Shown here: positions 36,661 to 47,611 of the stretch, one piece after another
Layout of the letters: each line of letters starts with the position of its first letter
How positions within the stretch are numbered: the stretch's first letter is position 1
Assembly: GCF_001194135.2 (NCBI RefSeq)
Contig: NC_068996.1
Location: 29,347,040-29,403,965, forward strand
DNA length: 56,926 bases
Reading direction: 5' to 3'
Source of the DNA: Octopus bimaculoides
Lineage: Eukaryota
The notes under the pieces: model-generated
What the model saw: the letters and a program-made list of their open reading frames with translations, nothing else
Told to the model about the DNA's origin: nothing
Database searches by the model: none
Made by a program: the position numbers and the translations under genes

Positions 36661-37154
36661 CATACATATATAGAAAGGAAGTGATAGAGTAAAAGAGAAA
36701 GACAGACAGACAGAGACAAAGATGGACACACACACATAAGACTGTCCTGAAAGTAATGCAGAAGTGGTGATGCCCCAGCATGGCTGCAGTCTAATGAATG
36801 AAACAAGTAAAAGATTACTTATTCATTAACAAACAGGAGTCATTCAAATTGTGCATATTGGTAGAGTAACTCTTCCAATATACAAAGATACCAATCACCA
36901 CAGTATACATTACAAGCAATTGATCCACTCAGTAAAATAATTCATGTGTGTACTGCTGTACCCACTTTACAGCAATTTTCACCTTTTCTGTGTCATATAA
37001 TTGTTGACCCCGAAGACTGACCTTCATTGGACCCAACCGGTAGAAATTAATAAAAAGTTACGCAAACTTGTGCATGGCTTCTGGGTCAACTTTTCTTTAT
37101 GTATGTGAATTTGTGCAGATGGGGGTGAAAGTGGGACAGACGGATGGATATATA

Positions 37155-37590
37155 TATATCATCATCATCATCATCATCATCGTTTAACGTCTGCTTTCCA
37201 TGCTAGCATGGGTTGGACGATTTGACTGAGGACTGGTGAAACCGGATGGCAACACCAGGCTCCAATCTGATTTGGCAGAGTTTCTACAGCTGGATGCCCT
37301 TCCTAACGCCAACCACTCAGAGAGTGTAGTGGGTGCTTTTACGTGTCACACGCACGAAGGCCAGTCAGGCGGTACTGGCAACGGCCACGCTCAAAATGGT
37401 GTATTTTATGTGCCACCCACACAAGAGCCGGTCTAGGGGCACTAGCAACAATCTCGCTCGAAAATCCCTACACATGTCACGGGCACAAATGCCAGAAAGG
37501 CGTCGCTGGGCACAGGTGCCATCCTGATTTCGCTTTCGCTTGCCCCAATAAGTCTTCGCAAGCTGAGTTTCGTGTCCAATGAAGGAGATA
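37155..37590 (-). mobile_element. RTE 3' UTR with (GAT)n tail
   Basis: Reverse complement of the conserved RTE tail. Confidence 0.85.
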
Positions 37591-37632
37591 ATATATGTCC
37601 AATGAGATAATATATATATATATATATATATA

Positions 37633-37976
37633 TCAAAATAAGCAACAAGGATATCCAGAGGTAATGCAATACAGTCATTTCATGCAACTCCATTTAATTG
37701 AACAATGCAACCATTACATCAATTTAAAATGCAGAGTAATCCTCAGCTGCATAAAGACATAGAATTTAATTAAATTAGAACAGATGGACACGTTAGTATA
37801 ATTATAACTAAAATCTCCTTAACTAATGTTTCCATCTGTTCTAATTTTAATTAAATTTTATCTTTGTGCAGCTGAAGATTGCTCTGCATTTTAAATTGAT
37901 GTAATGTTTACATTGTTCAATGAAATGGAGTTGCATGAAACGATCGTACTCTGGATATCCTTGTTGCTTATTTTGA
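37633..37976. repeat. Foldback element: ~160-bp inverted arms (37633-37797, 37822-37976), 24-bp spacer, hammerhead-like boxes in each arm
   Basis: tcaaaataagcaacaaggatatccagag / ctctggatatccttgttgcttattttga; CTGAAGA at 37872 and GAAACGATCGTA at 37937; minus-strand CTGAGGA and GAAATGACTGTA. Confidence 0.9.
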
Positions 37977-38089
37977 TTTTAATCACCTTATTTTGAAATT
38001 GTATGGATAATACCGTACTAAATTCTGGTGTTTCAACTGAAGTACCATATTCACCTGAATCTTATATATATATATATATATATGAAAAA

Positions 38090-38392
38090 ACATTCGAGCG
38101 AGTTCATTGCCAGTCCCAGTGGACTGGCTCCTGTGCGGGTGGCACGTAAAATACACCATTTCGAGTGCGGCCATTGCCAGTACCGCCTGACTGGCCTTCG
38201 TGCCGGTGGCATGTAAAAGCACCCACTACACTCTCTGAGTGGTTGGCATTAGGAAGGGCATCCAGCTGTAGAAATATTGCCAGATCAGATTGGAGCCTGG
38301 TGTAGCCATCTGGTTTCACCAGTCCTCAGTCAAATCATCCAACCCATGCTAGCATGGAAAGCGGGCGTTAAACGATGATGATGATGATGATG
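38090..38392 (+). mobile_element. RTE 3' UTR with (GAT)n tail
   Basis: Near-identical to 18905-19230. Confidence 0.85.
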
Positions 38393-38411
38393 ATACATAT
38401 AAGATATATAC

Positions 38412-38442
<31 letters not shown>

Positions 38443-38468
38443 TACATATATATATTATATATCCATCC

Positions 38469-39199
38469 GGGCGGAGGTAAAGGACATGAACCGCACCCCC
38501 TTTTGTTTTGTTTTGTTTGGGGGTGGGGCTACAGAAGCCCACCTTTTCGACTGTGAAGAAAATCAGCATTTCAAAATTTTGGAATCAAGAGAGATATGTA
38601 AAAATTAGTTTTTTGGCACACACACACACGACAACAAAATGACATTTGAAAAATTTTTTCTTTTTTTTTGGTAATTCATGTTTAGAAAGTGGATCTTTGG
38701 TTTGGCTCTTTCTAGCTTGTCGGACTTTCCGGTTGGAGCATACTTAAAAATTGAAGATTTTGAAAGCACCAAAAACACGTTTTCAAAATTTTAATTTTCC
38801 CCCTCTCCACCCCTCTGGCAATGAAAAAAAAAGGGGTGGGGAAATTAAAATTTTGAAAATGTGATTCGTCGTTTAGCTGCTGTTTCTAGCATGTCGAGTT
38901 TTCTCTTTAGATACTTTTTATGTCTGCTATTTTAGTAGGAGAGGGTGTTTATTTATTTTTGAAAAATTAAGATTTTACAATTTTTTTTTTTTTTTCAGAA
39001 TCATAATCTCCGTCTTTCCCAAAACAAAGAAAATTTCTAAAAAAAAAAGGGAAAAATTGGGGGAGGGGGTTAAAATTTTGAAATGCCGGGGTTTTTTTTT
39101 TTTTGCAGATTCAGAATCTCCGTAGTCGAAAAGGTGGGTTTCTGTAGAAAAAAAAAATAACCGAAAGGGGGTGCGGTCCATGTCCGTTACCTCCACTTC
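38469..39199. mobile_element. MITE with long imperfect TIRs and ~9-bp TSD (Mutator-like)
   Basis: TIR ggaggtaaaggacatgaaccgcaccccc / gggggtgcggtccatgtccgttacctcc, plus subterminal IRs; flanks tatccatcc / tatccgtcc. Confidence 0.75.
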
Positions 39200-39239
39200 T
39201 ATCCGTCCATATACACACATAGTGCAAAAAAGACATCAA

Positions 39240-39775
39240 CCTAGAGTTTGAATGAAAACAGATAGAGCGTGGGTAAAGGGAAAGAATCGTAAAGCTTTAT
39301 AGTGTTGGTTAATTCCCTTGTGTTGGATACACCAGCGCAAACTGCCTTTTGATAAAATTTATTCAAATATATATTTACACACACACACACATATAATATA
39401 AAATATTGTCAGTATTATGTAGTATATAATTATGCAATTGTTAATTGTTATCCACTTGAGAATTTAAGTTTGAATATGTATATATACAAATACATATAGA
39501 TAAAATAGTAATTATTTACGAAGCAGATATTATATTACTGGCAACACATTGTAGTATTTAGGTTGGAGTGAACGAATTAAATTGAGTCAGATTTATTGAT
39601 TGCCTTAACTCTGCCTGTATTGTTTACAAAAACTGCATGTGATTGACCGTATGTGCATCAAGGAATAATATACATATATATATATATAGTTTTCGTATCA
39701 TATTAGTTTATTACGATGTTTATCCTCGTGTATACTATAAGTGTATATGTATACAAGATCATACAAATAAGTTTT
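39240..39775 (+). repeat. Unclassified dispersed repeat, copy 2
   Basis: Matches both sides of the gap at 13985-14567. Confidence 0.7.
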
Positions 39776-40440
39776 CATGTGTATATTTGTGTGTGTGGTG
39801 TGCGCGCGCGGTAACACCTGGTCCAGACAACATTCCTCTGGAACTCCTGCAGAATGGTGGCTAGTCTTGAAGAACAAAGCTATTTAACTGCATCTCGAGA
39901 ATGAGGAAAGCTCAAATAGTACCTGTACATTTGAAGAATGCCCATAAAGTTATCATCTTTATAGAAGGAGATTGCAGCATTTATGGTATAACGTTAATGA
40001 AAAATGTGGAAATTGATATAAACTTGAAATGAACTGGTAAGCGACGATTTAGTCTCAATTATAGAATACAATAACCATACATGAAATAACATAACAGGTT
40101 ACAACAAGGATGTGTGAGAGACTTCGTGGTTAGGCTGGACTGTTGATCTGGTAGACAAAGTCGACGTACTGTTTGGTGGTATATAGAGGCAGCCGTTGGT
40201 CTGTTGGTCGTGTGGTCTTCATACAGTAACGATGTAGACAGGTGTCTGGTGGAGAAGATGAAAGCGGAAACTGGCTGGTGTCAGATACATCGTTACCGGA
40301 GACGAGTTGTGTGTGATCAGTGGCGTGTGCCAAAGAATTACTTTATTTGCCTATAGGGGCATACATAGAGGGGGGGGGGCAGAACAAGGACGGTCTTTAC
40401 ACAGGGCTGGAGTTACAATCATAATGATAGAAAGTGATTA

Positions 40441-41093
40441 GGGTCTATTTCAAAACGGGGGCACCAGTATTTTCTTAACGAAACACTAACGAAACACTTT
40501 GAAACTAGGGACACTGGTAGAATGTGTCATATAAAACATCTTTTACTTTTAGTCTTCTTAACAAAAAAACGTAGATCGCAAGTTATTCCATGTTAAAGTT
40601 GTCGTATTTCTGTAATTTCAACCAATCACTGACGTCTATTCAGCTGAATAGAGTTACTGCTGGGCGGTCATAAAAATGTTATTCCCTGTGACATATTTCA
40701 TCGGGTTTAATCGTAATTTNNNNNNNNNNNNNNNNNNNNNNNNNNNNAAATTACGCTGTGCGTATCTATGTGTGTAACAATTTTAGAGTTCGGATTCTAG
40801 AGTTAGGGTTAGTTTTAGGGTTAGGGTTAGGGTTAACAGTCTAGTTAGGGTTAGGGGATTAATACGATATACACCGTTACAGCGCTAACTGTTTTCAACT
40901 GAATAGACGTCAGTGATTAGTAGAAATTATCGAAATAAGACAATTTTTTACATGAAATAAATTCGAATACAAAAATTTTTTTCTGTTTTATAACACAAAA
41001 TAGATAAGTATACGAAGTTTGAAAGTCTTTCGGTACCAAAAACACTACATAAAACATAAATGAAAACTGGTGCCCCCGTTTTGAAATAGATCC
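40441..41093. mobile_element. MITE of the same family as 20386-20953, with internal (TTAGGG)n-like tract
   Basis: TIR gggtctatttcaaaacggggg / cccccgttttgaaatagatcc; exact TSD AGTGATTA at 40433-40440 and 41094-41101. Confidence 0.9.
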
Positions 41094-41109
41094 AGTGATT
41101 AAATTGGTA

Positions 41110-43835
41110 TGTTAAATCGAAAAGATGAATGAGAATAAAAATTAAATGATTATAATAAACATAGTTCTTGGGTTTTTATTTAACCCGCCGGCTTTTTCCT
41201 TTGTTTTCCGTTCCTTTTTCACTTTCTTTTTCACCTTGACCAGCTACACTAGCACAGCCCCATTCAATCTCAGCTTCTTTACAACAGTTATCTATCTTCT
41301 CCCGAACACTTTTTGAGGCAGGCACTTTTTCTCCAGACGGATCTTTCTTATCAGGTGGTAGTTAAAATGACTTACCAACCCGTGTCCGGAGATAAAGTTG
41401 CCTGTCTCAATTCCCCTTCCAAGCGTCATCCATACTGTGTCTTTCAGTATGGCTACTACACAGAAAAAGGACGCCTCTCTTTCCTTATCAAAGGAAGAAG
41501 GCGGTACGATCTTAATGATGAACTCAGTCGATAGCTGTACTCTTTACGTTTCCGACATCAGTTCTTCGACATAGGTTATCAGTCCCCTCAATTCCTCACA
41601 ATGTACGTAGGCGTGCGCAACAGTTTCACTAAAGCGCCTGCACCTCGGACATGTAAAGGTGGAGGTAAAAACCATAACATGATCAGTAGCACAGCCATGA
41701 AATCCTTAGATTTCTGGAAATTATCCAGGTACCTTGGCCCGAATGTCCTTCCGAACAGGTTGACTAGCTGGTTCCTATCAAAGCTCTGAGCCTCCCCCAG
41801 GACATCATCGGACTCGTGCTCTACCAACCCGCTATAAAAATCCACAGTGTTAGCCCCGCTGCTGGTACTACTCGCCTGGGAGAACAGAGTGAGTGCTTGT
41901 CTGCACTCCTGGCATTCACCCATTCTAGGTCTTCACTTAATGCATGCGCCTACGTCCCATTGGGATGTTAATTGCAGAAAAAAGAACTTGACGTGTGGTG
42001 ACCACACGTGTTCACCATCCAGGTAGAGCCAGAGATGTCTCAGCCTCAGTGCAACTTCCGCATCATCAATCAAGGCATCCCTAAACCACCTTTCAATGGT
42101 TTCTGGCAGCAGATGGAGCGCCTCACTAGTGGTGATTTCCCTTTCCACAAAAAGTGGAAAAGGATCCATTCCAACTTGATCAGTCACACACCAAGGCAAG
42201 GTACAACGGTTAGGCGGTAGGTTATCACAGTGCTATAAGCACCTGTACAACCTCGGCCCTCCTTAACAAGGATAGCATCCTCCCAGACTAGGTCTGGGTT
42301 ATGGCCATCACCTTGTCTGTGACCTCAGTCTAGTTTTTCTCCATCTGGAGATCTGGTCCAAATCAGATCCCAAGCAGTTTAACCAAGCCCTCCATCCAAC
42401 AATGCTGTTGGGAGGCATCAACTTGCCCCTCCAGGTGCCAAGCTGCAAGCCGACTGGTTTATCCTGGTTAACTTTTGCCCCTGCCACTGCTTTGTATCTT
42501 TTGATGGCATCTACACTAGGTAGCTGCCCTTCATCAGACATGATGATGGTGACATCATCCGCATACGCCGTTGCTCCCTTCCATAACATAGATCATTTGG
42601 TTCTCCTATGCAGTCCCTAACTTCCACTGCAGTGGCTCAAGTGCCAATACATACAGAAGCGGGGACAGGGAGCAGCCCTGGAGAACTGAACACTCGATCA
42701 CAAATGGCTTCGAGAAGAAACAATTAACCCAGACAACTGAATCGATGTTACTATACATAGCATTGATCCAGCCACGGAAAGTCGGGCCTTTCACTGCACT
42801 CAGCCTCACATGCTGAGATACGCAGGCCACTGGCCAGGAAATTCCGAAGAGCATCTCTGTGGTCCAGCACCCCACCCCTCCCGAACAACACGGCGAAGTG
42901 TTTGTAAAAGACCTTACACATCTCTTCCTGTCCTTGGATTTCCCATCCATGCTCATCCACCACAGACCTTATTGTAGCATCTATGCCACATTAGGTTTCT
43001 ACCAAGCCAGCAATGTTGGGTTTCTACCACCCAGCAACATTGATACCCTCGCAACCCAGTGCATGTAGTTTTGCCCAAACTCTGCAGCCTTCATGTTTGG
43101 TATTGAGGTGTTGGTCCAAAGCCGATCTCACAGCCAAAACTTGGGGTGCAGGGCCCACTCCTACTGCCTCTTCTAACGCTTTAACTAAATTCCCTTCTAC
43201 TCTAGCCTGTTCTAGACTTAACTGTTTGCTAAATCTAATAGACTCAAGTCGAATGGCTTGTTTGAGGGCACACCACCACCAGTTATTTAACACAGTGCCA
43301 GTTAGTGCCCTCATTACTAACTCCTTAATATGGCTAGGATAAGTTATGCATCCCATACGTCACTAATTTGTGATCTGTGTAGGGTACATAGGTAAATTGT
43401 GGACAACTAAAACTAGACTTATCTCTAGAATTAACTGTTATCCTATCTATATAAGACCTGATGGATCCATCGTTATTACTCCAAGTTCACATTGGAATGT
43501 TTGGATTTTCAAGTCTGTATTGATCTGCCAGCCTAAATCACTTCAGCAGATTGACAAGGCGTGAGTTACATCTCCTATCGTTTGAGCCTATACTATCCTG
43601 GTGTGCATCCAGAATAGCATTAAAGTCTCCTAGCATAACTAGTGTCTTTGACATCACAAGAAAGTTCTCCAGGCGTCGATAGAAATCATTCCGTCTGCCT
43701 GTCGTGCCAAGTACGTAAATGCCAATCAGCCTGAAGACCTTACTTCTGAATGTTAGATCTAAAACAACTGACTCACCTTCTGGGTCCACAAAGATTGTAC
43801 ATGTCTGCAGGGCCAAGTTTTTCCAGAGCAATACT
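41110..43835 (-). mobile_element. L1/Tx1-clade LINE ORF2 pseudogene (APE, partial RT, zf-RVT, C-terminus)
   Basis: VMLGDFNAILD, YTDHKLV, QGCSLSPLLYVLALEPL, AYADDVT, TCPRC..ETVAHAYVHC. Confidence 0.92.
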
Positions 43836-44770
43836 ACAACACTCTGACCGTGGTGCCTTGCTCCGATTTGTGGCTGAACAAGTTGGAAAGAATCCTCTTC
43901 CGTTTTTTGTGGAAGGGAGGAAAGCCACTCGTGAAGTGCTCTGTCTGCTGCCAGAAACCGCTAAAGGGTGGGCTAGGGATGCCTTGGCTGAGGATGCAAA
44001 AATTCGCATTAAGGTTGAGGCACCTTTGGCTTTACTTGGATGGAAAGCTGGTGTGGTCACTGCTTGTCCAGTTCTACCTTCCGCAATTAACGTCCTTAAC
44101 GGACGTTAGTAATTGGATCAAGCAGAGACCTAGGCTGGTGGACTGGCAATTGGAATGCCAACAGGCACTTCAGCTACTCTCTCGGGCGGGCAATGGCGGC
44201 AACAGGAGTNNNNNNNNNNTAGCGGGTTAGTGGGATTTAGGTCCGAAGATGCCTTGGAGGAGACCCTGGGCTGTGATGAAAATCAGTTGACCAACCTGTT
44301 CAGGAGAACTTTCGGGCCGGGGTATCTGGACAATTACCAGAAATCCTTGGCTTGGCAGTGCTTCCGTGCGGCATTATCTGTTTGTGATAAACTGTCAAGG
44401 CACGGAAGTGCCGTATCGCTGACATGTCCGAGGTATGGGCAGGACAGGGAAACCGTCTTGCACGCATTCGTGGAATGTCCGGAATTAACGAGACTGATAG
44501 TTTTCGCAGAACAACTGTTGTCATCAATGGGAAGAGTACAGCTATCAGCTAAATCTATCATCGAGATTGTGCCGCCTCCTTCCCTCAACAGGGAGAGGAA
44601 GGCTTGCTTTTCCTGCGTAGTAGCCATACTGAAAGAAACAGTATGGAAGATGCGTGTAAGAGGCATAGTGACGGATACTTTTGTATCTGGCCAGGGGTTA
44701 GTTAACTTTTTTTGTTACCACCTCAGTAGTAAGATCAGGCTGGAGAAGAGGTATCTGTCACGAGACAGAT
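43836..44770 (+). mobile_element. Second L1/Tx1-clade copy, C-terminal part of ORF2
   Basis: KLERILFRFLWKG...KGGLGMP, TCPRYGQDRETVLHAFVEC (zf-RVT). Confidence 0.9.
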
Positions 44771-45519
44771 TNNNNNNNNNNNNNNNNNNNNNNNNNNNNN
44801 NNNNNNNNNNNNNNNNNNNNNNNNNNNNNNNNNNNNNNNNNNNNNNNNNNNNNNNNNNNNNNNNNNNNNNNNNNNNNNNNNNNNNNNNNNNNNNNNNNNN
44901 NNNNNNNNNNNNNNNNNNNNNNNNNNNNNNNNNNNNNNNNNNNNNNNNNNNNNNNNNNNNNNNNNNNNNNNNNNNNNNNNNNNNNNNNNNNNNNNNNNNN
45001 NNNNNNNNNNNNNNNNNNNNNNNNNNNNNNNNNNNNNNNNNNNNNNNNNNNNNNNNNNNNNNNNNNNNNNNNNNNNNNNNNNNNNNNNNNNNNNNNNNNN
45101 NNNNNNNNNNNNNNNNNNNNNNNNNNNNNNNNNNNNNNNNNNNNNNNNNNNNNNNNNNNNNNNNNNNNNNNNNNNNNNNNNNNNNNNNNNNNNNNNNNNN
45201 NNNNNNNNNNNNNNNNNNNNNNNNNNNNNNNNNNNNNNNNNNNNNNNNNNNNNNNNNNNNNNNNNNNNNNNNNNNNNNNNNNNNNNNNNNNNNNNNNNNN
45301 NNNNNNNNNNNNNNNNNNNNNNNNNNNNNNNNNNNNNNNNNNNNATCATTATATGAGTATATAATTGATAGACATGATGGTTTAAAGCTATCTTCAGCCG
45401 CAAATATATTCTTTCCCAAGATTATATCACAAAGAAGAAATCACAAAGAAAAAAGAAAAAGAGAGAGAAACAGGAGAGAGAAAAAAGGGAAGTCCACTTG
45501 GTATTATCCATTGTAATAC

Positions 45520-46030
45520 CCATTGTAATATGTTTATCCTTTAAGTTGATACATTTACATAAAAGTTCAACTAACATAGATAACAATCCTATAAGCAGTT
45601 ACCCCCCCCCCCCAAATGCAAGCATAAGACGGCCTAGCAACTATAAAATCGGGTGCAATTGTGTAACAACATCAACATGTCCTTTATGTGGAAACTGCCT
45701 AACAAAAAACATAGTATACTCTTGCGAAATAATTACTGAAACGAACACCCTCACCTACCTTAGGTGCTCTTCCTCCTGGAAATCTAGGTTCTATAACCAC
45801 AGGTCATCATTTAGACTCAGACATAAGGCTAATAGCACCTCTTTATCTCGTAGAATATGGGAACTTAAAGACGAAAACTTTAACCTTAGATAGTCCATAG
45901 TTTGATCGGCCGCAACGTATAGAGATAATAGAACTGGTTGCCAGTTATGTTCCTTAAAACTATTGAAAATCATCAGATTCCCTGATAATCGATCAGAATT
46001 CAAACCATCTTGTATACATAAAATGATTAA
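45520..46030 (+). mobile_element. Penelope-like GIY-YIG endonuclease remnant
   Basis: CNC...CPLCGNCLTKNIVYSCEI...WKSRFYNHRSSF...STSLSRRIWELK. Confidence 0.85.
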
Positions 46031-47611
46031 AACCTTTAGATACTATAATCCCTAAGTTCCCTCTTTTAAGTTATAATCACTTCAAAATCTTCTCTCATTG
46101 GTAACTTCCACGTCAGATCCATCCTGCCACCATTCAGACATTGAATTAACGAAGCCCGTACTCTACCCCCAACTTAATTATATACTTTAATTATTCACCT
46201 TACACTCACATGGCTAGATTCTGACCCCATAATATACAAACATATTTAATAACCCGGGATCCATAATCCAACCTTTACAGGAGAATTTCTAAACTATTTA
46301 GTCACTGACTCTAAGATTTCGAATAACACTACAATACACAAAGGTAACATTAAATAACACTCATCACTGCAATGCTTTTATAATAATATTATACTAGTAT
46401 TCATTAGGAGATACAAACCCAGAATCCTTTAACTTCCCATACCAATACCCAATGATTAAAACACGATTATAGTAGTAGTTTCACTATGCCATATAATTTA
46501 CACAAATGGATAAGCCGAAACTTCCCCAATCACAATATTTTTGTAATCAAGGTATATTTTCAAACCACTATTTTTTTATTTTTATTATTATTATTGTTAT
46601 TGGTGTTGTTATTTTTTTATTACTATTACATTATGTAATACAATATTACTATTATATTACTACGGTTGAAATGTTCCCAATACTCTGTATTTTGAATTTT
46701 TAACTTCCAACCCTAGTTTTCCCCTTTATATTTTCTATATTTTCTAACCTTTTTTTACATTTTCTAAGTTTCCTTGTTTAGTTTTTATATTTTCTTACCA
46801 TTTACCACTTCCATCATCTATCTATCCTCTAGATAAGTGTATGTACCAATATAATAGATAAGTTTGTATACTTAAGTTGTAGTGGTGGACTTTAGCTAAA
46901 CTGACCACTCATCACAAGGATATCATAATTCAAGTTTACTCTAGCTTGACATTATTTATGACACCCCCCCCCACTATTCTTGGCCAAGACAGCATCATGT
47001 ATGTCTGTCATTTACCAACTCATCCCTTTAGAACTCGTTATCTCTTTATCTCTCTTTATTTCTCTTTATTTCTCTCTACCTCTTTTTCTACTTTTAGGTT
47101 TTTTCTTATTCCTCTTTCTCTTTACTTCTGTTATTTCATTTTATTTATTTTATTTTTCTATTTCTTCTATTTATTTATCCAATTTCCTTGTTTTCCTTTA
47201 CTACTTTTCTCCAACCCTACTAAATCTTTTATATGCATCTTACTTTATTATCCGTTTTTTTCTTTTTTTTCTTATATTACCCCCCCCCCCCNNNNNNNNN
47301 NTGACTTCTATTATTTTTGTATTATTATTTGTGTATTTTATATTGTTTTCTTCGTATTTTATATTGTTTTAAACTCCAACTTCTTTCTTTTTTGATCCTC
47401 TCCTTCTATCTCATATACGCTAGTTATGTTTATTTATCATTCACTCTACCCTGAATTGTGGCACAATATGGACAGATTTCGGAATCCTTTGTGTTCTGTT
47501 TTAATTTTATGTTTTTAATTTATTCTTTCACTTCCGCCACTATCTGGCATATACAGGTGCTTACAATTATCAAGTATTACCTCTAAAATTTGCTTATATA
47601 CATATATATAT

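Noticed and set aside
37013-37060. Possible hammerhead (ccgaagactgacc...ggtagaaattaata) in a repeat shared with ~11700-11820
   Set aside because: Neither core box is intact and no stem I can be drawn.
40110-40400. GC-richer island with a poly-G run; possible Gypsy tail or MITE end
   Set aside because: No recognisable motif or partner terminus.
43750-44230. Twin-priming 5' inversion of a single L1/Tx1 RNA
   Set aside because: The two orientations overlap by several hundred bp and are clearly diverged, so they are separate copies.
46946-47395. Hydrophobic 'membrane protein' ORFs
   Set aside because: These are translations of T-rich low-complexity sequence downstream of a PLE, with no start, splice or homology support.
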